A stretch of DNA of 64,000 nucleotides from Mytilus edulis (lineage: Eukaryota): positions 59,148,001-59,212,000 of the forward strand of contig NC_092348.1 in NCBI RefSeq assembly GCF_963676685.1. The letters run 5' to 3'. The notes under the pieces are model-generated. The model saw only the letters and a program-made list of their open reading frames with translations. It made no database searches and was not told the origin of the DNA. How positions within the stretch are numbered: the stretch's first letter is position 1; each line of letters opens with the position of its first letter. Below are positions 40,036 to 54,537 of the stretch, in pieces. The position numbers and the translations under genes are program-made.

Positions 40036-42009
40036 ATCCATTTCGATACCACATCCGTCAGTAAAACAGATTATAAAAAACAGGAATAATAGTAATAGAT
40101 ATACATATTATATGAGTCTCCAAAGATTTGTAAATGATTAACGAAAAAACAATTTCCGATAAAGTCTTAACAGTATTTGCTACAGAAATACTACTTTAGG
40201 CTAAATATCCAGACTCAGACTTATATGATAATTTCATTAAATTAATAAGGTTAGTCTGTGGGGCATACGCATCGATTGCAGAATACCTGTAAAGAATTCT
40301 AACGAAAAACTATTTAAAACAATGATAAGAATTTTAGACAAATAACTAATAAACATAAAATTACCACAATGAAAAGTAAATATTCATATTGTTGCATTAG
40401 TCCAGTTGAAATATGTTATATTTGTTCAGACCCTTCCCTTCTTTATTTCATGTGTTCCACCATGTTTTGCCTTTCTCGACTGTTGGTCTCGAGTGTATCT
40501 AACGACAGTCACTCCTGTATTTCTATATTTATAAAAACTGAAAGAATACGATATAAAGGAGGCTGAAAAAGGGATGCAACCCATCAATCTTAGTCTTCTT
40601 TGCTCATAGTATTACAAGTTCCACACTCGACCAACACTTTATTTAACTATGCATGGTAAATTAACGTTTACTTCAGCCATTAGTATCATTAGATTAAAAG
40701 TAAAATCTTCAAAAATATGACAGATATATCTGTATATATATAAAAGATGATGTGATATGATTGCTAACGAGACAACTTTCCACAAGAGATCAAATGACAC
40801 AGAAATTAACAGCTTTAACAGTTCCCTGTACGGCCTTCAACAATGACCAAAACCCATATCACATAGCCAATGTACAGTCTAGTTACCATTACAGTAACCA
40901 GACAATTACCATGCTATGAATTCCCTATAAAAGATTCTTATCATCTGGAGCACCGATAAATGTTCCTGGTGCTAAATTATGATTTTTTTCTTCAATTTTG
41001 AAACAATAAGACTCAAGTATCATGAAATCTTCAGTATACTTGCAAATTTGTTTATATATGTAATGATTATATTGAGAGAAGAAAGAAGAGAAAACAACTT
41101 CCGTCCGTAAATAGCGTTATTTCGAGACATTAAATGATAGATCGTGATTTTTAGTTAACTTCGTTACATAATGGCGTGAAAATAATATTGATATTATTAT
41201 CAAATGCCTAAGAACAGCAATTTTCAATTATTTCCGCAATTTGTAAGTAATTGTATATTCAGATATTTTTAAACACAATCCAGACTATATAAAATAAAAG
41301 TATAGAGTAAAAATTGTTATTTTGTATAGAAATAGTCTTCACAACAACATGTACATTCCCCATTTCCTTTCCCAATTTTACAGTACTGCATAAAATTTTG
41401 AAACTTTAACAAAATTGTAAAATTGTATTGGAATATGAACCTTAAAGAGGCTACATCATACACTCAACAAAAAATTCTAAGATTTTTACATATTTCAATA
41501 ACATCCATTTGTAATTTACTATGTTCAAAACATATAATCAGCTATCCATCTCGATACCACATCCGTCAGTAAAACAGATTATTAAAACAGGAATCAAAGT
41601 AATATACAAAACAAATTATATATAAGTCTTCAAAGAGTTGAATATGATTAAAGAAAAAAACAGTTTGCAATAAAAACTAAAGAGCTGAATACTACTTTAG
41701 GCTAAATATCCAGACTCATACTTCATAATTTAATGTTATAAAGTTTCGTCTGGTAGGCATACGACACGTTGCATTGAATGCAGATTATCTGTAAAGAATT
41801 CTAACGAAAAGATATTTATAAGAATGATACGAGCTTTTAATTAGACAAATACACAAATATTTATAAAATCCCCACAATGAAATTTTCATATTGGTGAATA
41901 AGTTTTCTACATTGATAAAAACTGAAAGAATACTACCAAAAGGAGACTGAAAAAGACATGTAATCCCCACATAGGTCTTCTTTGCTCGTGTATACATGTC
42001 TGTTCATGC

Positions 42010-42672
42010 ATTATATAGAAATTAATGCATGGCCTTTTCCATATCAGCCTGGATATCATCCCGAGACCCCCATATCAGCCCGAGACGGAGTCGAAATGCT
42101 GATATTGGTCAAGGGATGATACCCAGGCTGATATGGAAAAGGCCATGTATTAATCGCTTTATCATATACTTCCGACAATAGTTTATGTAAGGCAAATAAA
42201 CAAATGCAAAAACTAAATAGTCAAAAAAGTTAAATTATGAATCAAATATACTATAATTGTCCAACAACAGCATCGCTACCTTCATATATATTTATGGTAA
42301 CATTTCCTATAGAGGCATTTTGAGACATTGAAAATTTGAAAGAGTTTTATGATCATTATTACTCCATGTTTGTTGTACTATACAATGATTCATAATTGTC
42401 AATGGCATTTGTTAGCAAGTACTAAACTATCCCCACAAAAGTTCCCTTAAATTTTGACGTCGTCATAAAAAATATCTGACGTCACAATGGAAAAGTAAAC
42501 AACCGATACCGGAAACACCGGAAGTAACTTGCACGAGACGCACTATTATGGGTTTTGTGCACGAGATGCACCTGATATGGGTTATCAGCCTGGGTTGGAA
42601 ATTATGGCTTGTGTACTTCCGCTCATTACACCTATTCAAAAACTATCATATCAATGCTAAGTATATGATAAA
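42010..42672 (-). mobile_element. Long-hairpin non-autonomous element with asymmetric terminal inverted repeats
   Basis: Hairpin at 42021-42154; 14-bp IR tttatcatatactt (42158) / aagtatatgataaa (42659). Confidence 0.78.
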
Positions 42673-42959
42673 TTTGTATTATGCGAGGCCTATTAAAAGT
42701 GAAAAAAAGGTTTCAAGTAAACAGTTTTAAGTTTCATAGTATCAAAAATTTCACACTCGACCAACACTACATTAAACTTTGTTTTGTAAATTAGCGTGAC
42801 TGTACTTCTTTGTTTCTGCCTTGACTATAAGATTAAAATGAAATTTTATTATAGTTCATTTACCACTGTATTACCCAAACAATCTCCATGTTATGAATTC
42901 CCGGTAAAAGATGCTTACGGAACACCGACAAATGTCCTTGGCGAAAAAATAACGTTGTG

Positions 42960-43075
42960 TTAAATACGGCTAAGGTTATCTATGCCTGGGATAATAAAAT
43001 CCTTAGTTTTTCGAACAATTCAAAGTTTTGTAAACAGGGAAATTTATAAAAATGACCACATTATTGATATTCATG
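42960..43075 (-). mobile_element. Internal fragment of the retrozyme-like repeat, no hammerhead
   Basis: Reverse complement matches ~54848-54965 (atatcaat...ggtc.tttttataa...cctgtttacaaa...actaaggat...accttagc). Confidence 0.65.
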
Positions 43076-44979
43076 CATCATAAATGATCACGATAGAATG
43101 TTTTTGTTAAATTTTTTAATGATCAGATCAAAAAAGAAAGAAAAAAAACTCCGTTCAATGATAGCGTTATTTCGAGACAGCAAATGATAAAACGGTCAGT
43201 TATCCTTTTTTAATTACGAATTTCTGTTATTTTATAATGTTGGGTAAGATAACTATAATTTCCGGAATTCCTTATCTACGTCTTTATCGGTTTTTTACCG
43301 AATATGTTAGTCGATTTCCGTGTACTTAATAGTGCTACAAAATGTAGTAGAGTACGATAAATTATATGTAAACGGTTCTATTTCTATCTTTAACTTCAGT
43401 GTAGCTTGAATAGATATAAAACCGTCCGAAATTAAAATCAAATCAAACTAAAACATAGTTTTTGAGTTCTGTCGAATTCACCCCTTTCTAAATAAGGATT
43501 CGTATCGGCATTGAAGTAATATTTAAAAGGAATAACATCGACTAATTAGCATGTATTAACGACCTGCAGAGCCCTGTACTAAAGTCATATGACTTTATTC
43601 AATTAAAGTTTCAGCGGTAAGACCCCTTTGGTTACTATCTGTTATACCGCGGCTGTAAAATGGCATCTTGAATTTTTTATCAGTCACGTGATTTTATCGA
43701 GTCCGGTAATTATAAAGTACCTGTGAAATTCGAGGTTTATTAATAAGAAGGTGGCACTGTATCATATAAAATCTCTACATTCAGATGAAGTCGTATGATG
43801 CAAACAACTTAACAAACGGACGAGAATTGTTCAAACTACAGCAGTTTAGCATGGCAAATTGTATTTAATTTAGCATATTTTTGCTTTTTACCGTTTGTTT
43901 TAAACTGTTTTAAAAGTATTTTCCGGTTAAAAGCGGATCCTGAGTTATACAGTTAAATACCGATGAATCGATCAGGTTTAACATGATGTTTAACAAAATA
44001 ATGTAGGCAAATCTAGACATTGATTTGTTTACTGTTGAAATGTGCAAAGTTTATCGAGATTGAAAAAGAAGGATATTTACTTTCAAGTATTTTAAATTTA
44101 TGTATATGTCATAAATGTCATTGATTACATTATTGAAACTGGACAACTAAAATGGGGATACTATTTTCGTACATATATATATATTTTTTAAATTGTTTAT
44201 TTCGGAATGCTTGTATTAATATAACAAGCTACAGCAAAAATTATAACAAACCGACGAAATGGGCTTGAATCTGTCTGTCTTACGGCAAATTCATTTTTAC
44301 ACAAATTAGTTTATGTATCAAGAACTTAAATTGAAGGATAGAACCGTTAAAAATTGTGAATATTTTAATTGACTAATACACGAAAGACTTAGATTTTTCG
44401 TATTTAATAAAGGGGGTCCAAACGTATTTTTGTACAATCGTCTTCTTAACTTACGGAAATGTTTTTTTTTAACTGTATGTAAATATTAAAATTGAAAATG
44501 ACCCAGCCTTGTTCTCCAATTTTGTATGTGATAGGTGTCGGTTTAAACTATTAAGACTCAAACTGACCAAAAAATAGGGAAAAAATGGACTAAAATAAAA
44601 ATTGAACGAATGACTCCATTCGGCAGCGTACATCAACGGAATGCAACGAATGGACTATTCGGGTTACCTCGCACGTATATACGACAAAAACTTGTCTGTT
44701 CGTAATTCTCCGTGAACACGAAAATGACCGATAAGTGTCAGTGATTTGATCGATCACATGCGGATAATCAACTTCCATGCCAGCTATTGAACCAATTAAC
44801 GAGTTATCGAAAGATGGGCGGTAACGTAGATGAAACCTTTAAAGTGACGACGATGTTATTCCTTTCAATATTACTTCCATGGTATCGGAAAATTGTAGAA
44901 AGTCTTCCGAGTCGTGTCGAATTTTCACAGTCCATGCTAAAATGCAAAAACTATCTATTGATTGGCACATATGCATAGT

Positions 44980-46420
44980 CTGTCAGGTATTTACTACATA
45001 GAAACTATGTAGTTTAACACTTAAATGAAGATACAGTTATATTACCGTTGTGGAAAAACGAAAAGTCGAAGTTTACAGAAGTATGAAAAAATAAATGAAA
45101 ACATCCCATTTGAAAGTACAAAATATCATATGAGTTGCTATACATATTTCACCAGTAAGCACAATTTATAATCTTCTGTTTTGTCTGTACAAAGACTGTG
45201 TACAAATGTAAGTACAATTACCAATTTTCATATATCATCGAGGCAGTAGATCTACAACTCATTCTGATTTGTCTGTTTGTATATTTTGCAAATGTATAAA
45301 ACCTAAAAGCAAGTTACAAAACTTCATAAGGTATCCTTTGAGGAGCAAACTCAAGCTGTATTGATTGTTGCTACACATACCTCCTACAATTATCTGATTT
45401 ACAAAATAACTCATGAGAATTTTACTAGTAAAGCTTTATACTATCGAGCTTGCATCACTAAATATGTACTTCATAATTTGTAATCAGAAAGTAAAGAGCT
45501 ATTTAATTCTGAACATGAAACAGCTTTTCAAACGTTTCGACGATTAAAGATGACTTGACTGTTCACAAGAAAGTATTCTTGTTAACAACTTTACTTAATA
45601 GTTAAACCGGACTGAATTTCTGCCCGAGTATTGCCGCCGAGAAAAACTACAAAACATATCAGCTTCAGCAAAAACTAAAAATATATTTTGTTTAATTTAT
45701 AGTTATTTGTATACAGCCTCAACAAGGCCAATGTACGTTCAATTTGTATACAGTAGTTCTATAAACTTGTCCGATGCATTTAAAGACGGAAAATTAATCG
45801 TTTTAAATGACTGTGATATACAGTCTGTCAAATTTAATGATCTGAGCAATGACTGCGAAACTGCTTTATGCAGCTACTAGTATTTTACGGAAGCAGATAG
45901 GTAAAGTTGTAATCCAATCAGATGAATATCTTTTATCTAAAGACACTTCACTGGATCATTCAATTGTAATAATGCCACCTGCTTTATAAACATTTCTGCA
46001 TTGTCTTTTGGATGATGGCAGTTAATAAAGAGTACGATATACATATTGACAAAGTTCTTAGATGTATGGCTTTAGCAGAATGTATACTATCTATAAAAAG
46101 ACATTTGTTTACTCCTTTCCATTTATGTTTATCATAAATGCACCGTATATATGAACACACCTTGGCTAACCATTAACACGTTTGGCTGATCATGAGATTA
46201 GAAAAATTGAAGATGGGGCATATGTTCTACATAGTGTTATTTCTTGGGGGTCAAACCTTATCCCAGACAACGTCTCCCTAACTACAGAAACAAAAAAAAG
46301 TTCTCAGTATGACTTTGGTTGGCTAAAAGGCAAGATCGGTCGGATGCCAATTATATTTACTGGTATGATGTCATCCGACTTTCTACAAGATTTGATCTGT
46401 TCACGCAAATGTATAGGTAT
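44980..46420 (+). pseudogene. Heavily decayed, internally deleted DNA transposase relic (Academ-like); probable element end near 48052
   Basis: Manual translation gives KYHMSCYTYFTS, VCIFC, ALYYRACITKY, YKTYQLQQKLKIYF, LYAATSILRKQI, MPPAL*TFL, ALAECILS..FTPFHL, FGW and DLICS, in the order I recall for Academ-type transposases. The family call is from memory. Confidence 0.5.
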
Positions 46421-46741
46421 ACGGGGAGGGTTGAGATATCAAAAAACATTTTAACCCCGCAGCATTTTTGTGCCTGTCCGAAGTCAGGAGCCTATAGCCT
46501 TTGTTAGTCTTGTATGATTTTTTATTTTAATTTCTTGTGTATATTTCGGAGTTTAGTATGACGTCGATTATCACTTCAAACTGGTATAATACATTTTTGT
46601 TTAGGGGCCAGCCGAAGATGGCCTCCGGGTGTGGGAGTTTTTCGCTGCATTGATGACCCATTAGTGGTCTTCGGTCGTTGTCTGCTTTTTGATCCGGTTG
46701 TTGTCTCTTTGACACATTCCTCATGTCCATTCTCAATTTTA
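46420..46741 (+). repeat. Dispersed repeat of a related family
   Basis: Its end ggttgttgtctctttgacacattcc...ttctcaatttta recurs at ~17690, ~50790 and 55320-55400 (-). Confidence 0.65.
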
Positions 46742-48261
46742 AAATCAATCTGTAGTAGATATTAATTGTGTCCACTTTTAGCAAAATCTCTGCTGTACTG
46801 ATATATGCCCATGCCAAGGAAGTGGTCTTTGTATGAATATGTGGACTGATAAGAATTATGAGATTACAAGTGAAAATGAAGCTGTAATATTCCGATATCG
46901 CAATATTCTGACACAACTAAATGGTCTGACATCCCATTGGTTTGACGTTTCGATCATTAAATTAAAATTATGATAACGGAATATTAACATAAGAAAGCCA
47001 AATAAAAGGTTCAATATTAGGATAACCTTGTCCTTCGTTTGAAGTGGTGAAACAATTTATAAAAAGGTAAGTATATTAGTGCCAAAGTAGCCGAACGTCA
47101 TCACCGGCGTCATTAAAAGTACAAAGTACTTTGTAAAGTGTTGTTTGATTAAAATTAGATATCTCAAGATTCAAGGCGGTCGACCAAAGTAAAATTAAAC
47201 ACAGTTTGACGTACAATGAGTGATCATTTTTTCCTTGTGATGTTTTTTTTATCAAAATTGTCTATTTGTTGATATAAATATACTAATATCACTTAACTCA
47301 TTTTAGTAATGTTAGTTAGTACTCTTATCATATCTGATTCAGTGATGTAAACGAAATTGCGGTATGATCCAGACTCATCATTTTGCACTACAACAATAAT
47401 AAAAAAAAATGTCCTATGGTTATTTGATGCTGACGCGGTTTGCAGGCTTTCGAACTAACAGTAGAACATACGTTTCTTCCATTTTAATGTAAAGTTCATC
47501 ATGATACCTTTCTATTAAATTAAAAATTCGTCATAGGTTATATTTTCCCCTTGCTTCAAATATTTTGTTTCGGTTTATTTATATCAAAATTGCAGATATA
47601 CATGTTTGTAAATGCGTGCAATCAGTTGATATGGAGGTCTTATAAGATTTAAATAATGCAAGGGCGACTACAGATACATTTGTGTGACTTAATGGTTGAT
47701 TTTCAAAGACTCCGAGAGAAAACGTTACGTAACATACGTTACCGTTAAAATCGACCAAAATAAATTAATACTATGATAGAAATATATTTTCCCAACAGTA
47801 ATACAGTATTCCTATAGTATTGTTTCGTTTTTGCACATGTTTTGACTCGATATTTCTACTGGAGGTATCCATGAATAGAAATTGCATCCATGACCTTTGA
47901 CCCCGATTTTAAACAAAATTGCACCATGATTTCTTTTAACGACCGGGATATTTAGAAAGTACACATTCTCAGCTTTCCAGTGATATATAATTTAGCCATA
48001 TGTTAGGTAGGTGCATTACAAATGTAAATTTGGCTCTCATATGACTCGCCTATACAACACTACAAAGCAAAATAACCACGTTTCGAGCAGCGGTATACTA
48101 CTGTTGCCTATAATTTGTATTTTTCTAACTTAAAACAAAGGACAGCCATGTATCCATAAAGTACCCAGAAACTTAGGATTTCAACAAAAGTGAGACAATG
48201 AAATGTTTTATTTTAAGGAACAGACAGTAGGAGAAATGCTCAAACTGCTTAAAAGTTATTT

Positions 48262-48447
48262 TAGTACGACGAAAACATGAATAATAATTAGAGGACACCA
48301 ATAACGTGATTCATAATTAGGGTACGCCGATAACGTGATTCATAATTAGAGTACGTCGATAACATGATTCATAATCAGAGTTCGCCGAAAACATGATTCA
48401 TAATTAGAGTACGACGGAAACATGATTCATAACAAGAGTACACCGAA
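48262..48447 (+). repeat. 29-bp minisatellite, ~6 copies
   Basis: Unit ~ataacatgattcataattagagtacgccg at 48301, 48330, 48359, 48388 and 48417. Confidence 0.85.
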
Positions 48448-50148
48448 CACATTAAGTATACACATTTTACCTGTATAATCCAAAATCCTTTTGGTTATTG
48501 TTGTCGTTAGACTGTTATTTCAAACTCGATTCGCATATACCATGGACATAATTATACAAAATCATTGATATGAACATTTTGGCTCACAATTTTTTTTCCA
48601 CCGGCAAAAGGCAAAAATGTTCGCTAGTTTAATCAAATAATAACATCAAAGTCACTATTTTTGTCAGGGAAGGACTATTTTTTATTATGTTCTTAGTTGA
48701 AGTGGGAGAAGTGGTGGTCTGAAACTTTTATTCCTAGAAGTTTAACATACATTTTCAGATCACAAAAATTGACTGTCAGTTCTTTTCGTCAAGTTTTAAC
48801 TTCTTTAACACTCTCCATTCTGGTTTATGTTTATTTTCTCATTCGTTCATAAATGATCATAACTTGATGGAAACTAAATTTTTATGACAATAGTTTAAAT
48901 GTCACAATCATAATAGCTCATTGTTTTAGAAACTCGGCGTTATTAAACTTTAAAACCATAAAAGATCCTAAAAAAAAAACAATTTACGTATACTTTAAAT
49001 TTATTTAACCATTTTTTCAAATATAGTTTAACAAATTTAATATATACGATTGATGATCTTCTTTTAATACAAAACAACAAAAAAATCAGATAAAACACTT
49101 TTATGACTTTTATAGTCACGATTTGCACTTGTAGATCGTCAATTTCCTGTAGTCAACCAGGTATATGGGAAAAACAAACGCGACACATTTATTTTTAAAA
49201 GTCATGCTACAGATATGATAATAAGAAAAACATATAAAACAGATAATGAAGTACAAAAAATGGATAGTAAAACAGACCTAAGCACACCCATCCTTCCATG
49301 CAACAAACTTTTAAGAGAAACAAAACAAGCAATTAAAGATATATCACAAATAAGTACCAAATATAGAAAGTTAGGTTTAGATATACATGTAAAGCCAGAA
49401 ACTCTTTTTTTCAGAGAACATATAAAAATGGTGAAAACTAAAACTACAAGAAAATCAATGTTCATGTATATTAACATAGGTTTCTGTATAAATGACAGCA
49501 TATCCTCGAGGATTTGAAGTTCGTTACCCTAAACGGAAAGGAAAAACACAATCTTGGTGCAAATGTTATCCACTGTGAATTCAAATATTCTTTACTTAGT
49601 TGCAAACAATCTGATATTTTAATTGAGGAATAAATGAAGTTTCTGCGATTTTTGTCAAAAAGGATTCAAAATTCCTTTGAATTTATTTCATTTCCGAAAG
49701 AATTTCTCAATCGATTTCCATCGTTTGTATCCACAGCGTTCATATTGTTAAACATTTTCTAATAAGAACGTTAATTTGATTAAAATGTATAAAAATTGCA
49801 AGTATTTATAAACGGTTTTTTTAATGGTCTAGAAATCAACCATGGTATTGTTACATTCTAAAAGAACACATTGGAACACATCGTTTGTTTATGTGTTACA
49901 TTTTTGTTTTTCGTTCATTTTTTTTTTAATATAAATAAGGCCGTTAGTTTTCTCGTTTGAATTGTTTTACATTGTCTTATCGGGGCCTTTGATAGCTGAC
50001 CATGCTCATTGTTGAAGGCCGTACGGTGTCCTATAGTTGTTAATGTCTGTGTCATTTTGGTCTCTTGTGGACAGTTGTCTCATTGGCAATTACCTTCTTT
50101 TTTTATACAATTGAAACTTTGATATTGTACATTTATTTATTATAACAA

Positions 50149-50335
50149 AACTTCATCAAACTAGATACATTTTATACCAAGATTTAAATATTGTAAACCA
50201 GACGCGTTTTGTCTGCAAAAGACTTATAAATGACGCTCGAATCAAAAAGGGGAAGTACAGTACCAAGTTGCATTGAAGAGCATTGAGAACCCAAAATTCC
50301 GAAAGGTTTTGTCAAATAAGGCTAAGGTATATCTT
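50149..50335 (-). mobile_element. Decayed partial retrozyme-like copy
   Basis: Reverse complement reads tcgagcgtca-tttataa-gtcttttgcagac-aaaa-cgcgtctgg; the core is destroyed. Confidence 0.7.
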
Positions 50336-51193
50336 TAGTATTTCGATAGATTTGTTTACATTTCATTTATGATTATGACCATACCAGAACACTGCAGTTC
50401 TACATGCAACTACTGGGCAAGTTTGAAATACCTTTTGAAATGGCGCTCGTTTGATCCTATTATAGTTCTGTGAAATTTTACCTTTACTAACTCTTCCCAT
50501 GTTAATTTAACGTCTTGAATATCGTCAATATTGGCGATTTTCCGAGAAATGTTCTGTGAATCACATATTCCATATTACAACACTAAAAAGGACATTTTTC
50601 ACTAGCAGTTTGATATAATATTGGTACCTATCGTTTTAACCCGACATTTAAGTATTGACATCCCTCAAACTAGACTAATTTCTACATTTCTACATAGGGA
50701 CCAGCTGAAGCAAGCCTCCGGTTGCATGATTTTTTAGCTGTGTTGAAGACCGTTTTTTGACCTTATACTGGTTTGCTCTATGGTCAGGTTGGTGCCTCTT
50801 TGACCCATTCCTCGTTTCATTCTCAATTTAATTTATATATATGTTCATGTGCATATCAGACCCTAGGCGGTGATGGTCTTAACGTTTGTATCATTTTAAT
50901 TTTTGTGTCACGGTTGACAGCAAAGATTTCAGAGTCTCTTTAAATATCCAATACTCGTCTTGACTTCAAACCAACTTAATGCTCAACATGTATTAACCAT
51001 CTTTTTATGAAGACCTTTGATTGTGTTGGTTTTGTGTCGTCGTGCTGCTGTAACATTAAAACATACCAAATATTCCCGTAATTTACTTTGATTATGCTAC
51101 CAATAAATTCTTTTTTCAGCTTTTACAGCTGTAAATTGACATATGTTTTTCGCCCACTATGTATTTATTTAATAACATATTTCTTTCTTCCAG

Positions 51194-51340
51194 TTTTTGT
51201 GATCTTTTCTGATTCCGATGTCTTAAGAGATTTTCTGTATGCAGCAGACGAGCTTTCAATGACGGAAGGTGATCATGTGTTCATTACGATGGAATTGTTC
51301 CCTAGTGATTGGCTAGGATACTACACACAGTTCCTTCGAG
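51194..51340 (+). CDS. Receptor guanylate cyclase, exon 3
   Basis: ttcttccag|; VFVIFSDSDVLRDFLYAADELSMTEGDHVFITMELF...FLR; donor G|GTATGT; phase 1-1. Confidence 0.9.
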
Positions 51341-51556
51341 GTATGTAAGAAGAGACTTGAAGCAAGACGAGGAAAACCCCAAACAAAATCAAACTGTGCC
51401 CTCATAGGCATTCAATATTAACATTTCGCAAGTTTAACATCCTGACAATTAAAAAAGAGGAGAAAAAAAAAAAGACCAGCAAACTAACAACTACACGCAT
51501 ACACATGTATTTATTAAAAAATGGATATGAAACAATAGAGCAATCCAAAAGTATAT

Positions 51557-52620
51557 AAATAAAGTCAACAGTAGTATACCTTTGTTCAAAACTTATAAAT
51601 CGATAGAAAAAAACAAACAAATCCGGGTTACAAACTAAAACTGAGGGACAGGCATTAAATATTAGAGGAGAACAATGACACAACATTAAAATGTAACACA
51701 CAGAGAAACGAACTAAGCATTAGACAAAATCCGACGAGAATAACAAATATAACATCAAAACTAAATACATGAATTTGGGATAGAAAATTCCGTGACACGT
51801 CTTATAATAATGTGAATTCACCCTAAGATATAAGAGGAAACAAACTGCATAAAAGAAACACAACGTTAAAATGTAACACACACATAAACGAACTATAATA
51901 TTACAATGGCCATATTCCTGACTTGTATTTGGTACAGGACATTTTTTAAAGAAAAAAATTGTGGGTTGAACCTGGTTTTGTGGCATGCCAAACCTTCCGC
52001 TTTAATGGCAATGTTAAAAATAACATTAAAATGACAACACAACATTACAGGACTACAATACACATAAATAGGAGAACATATTAGACAAAGAAACACACGA
52101 ATAATACCTAACAAAAAGGCACCAGGTTTAAAATTTAATACGTCAGAAGTGCGTTTCGTCCACATAAGACTTACTAGTGACGCCCAGATACAAAAGTTCG
52201 AAAGCCCAAACAAGTACAAAGTCGAACAACGATGAGGACCAAACGTTGAAAAAAGTTGTGCCACATACGGCTAGGGTTTTCTGCTTGGGATAAGAACATC
52301 CTTATTATTTAGAATAATTTATACTTTTGCAAACAGTAAATTTTATAAAATGACCATATAATAGATATACATGATAAAAAGTATTAACAAATTAAAAAAG
52401 ACCAAACCGGATACATTACATAAACCAACATAATCCAACACAAAGAATAGACACACACGAGTTAGTCAAGGCCTTAACGCAAAAAGTGACGTCACATTTG
52501 AAATTGTAAAAAAGGCCAAAAAATTACGTCACATTTGAATTTCTAAATCAGTACACAAAAAAAAATACGTAACATTTGAATGACTAAAACTATTTGTCAA
52601 AAATAAGATAGAATTAGGAT
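51557..52620 (-). mobile_element. Second copy of the composite Helitron-like element
   Basis: Reverse-complement homology to 20423-21253, including the 3' hairpin and an embedded decayed hammerhead at 52141-52184. Confidence 0.75.
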
Positions 52621-54537
52621 ATGTTGATAAAAATGGTCAAATAGATAAAAAAACAAAAAAAATTGACGAACAGACGAACAACATTCCTCACAACAACCCG
52701 CCGTAACAGACAAATGTTATATCATGTATTTCGAATAAGTGAAACTCGATCGTCCCATTTCCTAAATTTCACACGGCGTATCGCTATGTACAAGAAAATC
52801 TTGTTAAATTGGAAAATGAAAAGCGCCACGTTTCTTGAAAAATTTCAACCATCCTATGCCATCATTTTTTGTAACTTATGTCAAAATATTTGTCCCCGGA
52901 TTTCGTACAATTACTAATTGCACGTGTTAAAATCCGCTTGGGTAATATGGAAAAAAAGAGTTGAAAATCTTTCATATCTGACATTATGACATGCACTACC
53001 GTTTGAATTTCTTTAATTTATGACTTTTCTGTTGTTTCTCTCATCGGGAGAAAACACATTTGTTTTTTTTACAAAGGAAAAATCTCTTCATTATTTTTGG
53101 AATCACGTCCTGTGACACGTCTCCTGGAGCTTAATTAGAAACGACATTCAATACATATCACTAATAGTAAAAGTAACAGATAATAATAATACAGTATTAA
53201 ATTCTTCTTAGAACTTAATTAATAGACATGGAAAACCCCAGCGACAATAACGGAACTAGCAGCTGCGATTTTTTAAACTGATTCAGAAGAGTTATTTTCT
53301 AGAACACATCGAATGGGCCTCTCAACTGTTCTGATTCTTATTACGACTGCAAATATAAACTAAAAAAACACACTCACTATTCTCTGGTATTACTTTTTGA
53401 CATATATTGTTTCAACAATAAGGAACTGCAATTCTGTAACAAATTTTTAACAAAGTTGGTAAATCAATACTAAAAAAAGTTTAAACCGGTATAAATTATT
53501 TATCAAATTTTACGAAAGATTGAAGTTTTTAAAAGAAAGAAAAGTAAATGATATTTGATTTCTAGCCGCATTTCTACCAGTCCAATTACATGTTGTGGAT
53601 CATGTCAAATCGCTGACTTCCGGTTATAAATATATAAAGTTAAAAACCCTTCTCCGATAGAAATATTTGAAAATAAATTTCTTCATCAGCTTTCGATTAA
53701 ATTGCAGTAAAAGGTAAAAAAAATTAATTTTGACAATAGAAAATCGAAAAAGGACATACACCATTGTACACAATCATCAATAAAAAAAAAGGAAAAACAC
53801 CTTGCAATCATTTAACGTAAACACTTCGTAGTACAACGGCTAGACTTATTACAAGTTTTCAACAACAATCGAAATCCTAAAAAGACATAATTTAAATCAA
53901 TTAGGCGGGTGATTAGTGAACACAAATATTTACTTAAATCTAAATTCTTTGGAGGATAGGCGTGAGAAAACAAACCACTATCAAAACAGGAGGTATATAT
54001 GGAGCTTTTCGCATTAGGCACCAGTCTTTTTTTCTTGTTTTACAGGCAACAGTAGTAGATCAATTTTTAAATCTCATAGCTAAAACAGAAGATACAAATC
54101 ATAGTTTAATAACAAATTTGTAACGATTTTAAATTATTCATGACCAAGAAAAGACTTCAATTCTCGTAAATTCATTTTAAATATATACAACTCAAGAGAA
54201 GAAAACATTGGGAATCAAAAGCGCATGACAGAAAATGCGATGTAAAAGTGAGCGTCTATTGCTTTACAAGCAAACTAGGTGAATGAAACTTGAGGAAATA
54301 TTCTCCAAGGACAAGTTCTTTGGTTGCAGGTCATTAGCTATGTTTAACAGATTTAATAGTCAAGCAACATGTTCTGCCAGGTTGATTGTAAATAACTTGA
54401 ATGTGATCAGTTTTCTCAATGAACTTTAGAACTTTAATTTTGTTTTCATATTCTCTGAAAAATAATTGCCGAAATTTAAACATGTGATAGGTTATCCATT
54501 AATTCTTCCAATGAATATCTCCCCCTTTCTCTTTAAG

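Larger units (their letters stand above)
38215..43196 (+). repeat. Diverged tandem triplication of a ~1.5-kb unit in intron 2
   Basis: Anchor gctaaatatccagactca at 38311, 40200 and 41701; cacactcgacca at ~38726, ~40622 and ~42752; atagcgttattt at ~39233, 41111 and 43161. Confidence 0.88.

Noticed and set aside
48262-48447. 29-bp repeats resembling a CRISPR array
   Set aside because: The units are head-to-tail with no unique spacers, there are no cas genes and the context is eukaryotic. It is a minisatellite.
33693-51193. Possible missing exons or a nested gene in the 17.5-kb intron
   Set aside because: Exons 2 and 3 join in phase with continuous NPR-like sequence (LHAR-VFVIF). The coding-like signals inside are transposon relics.
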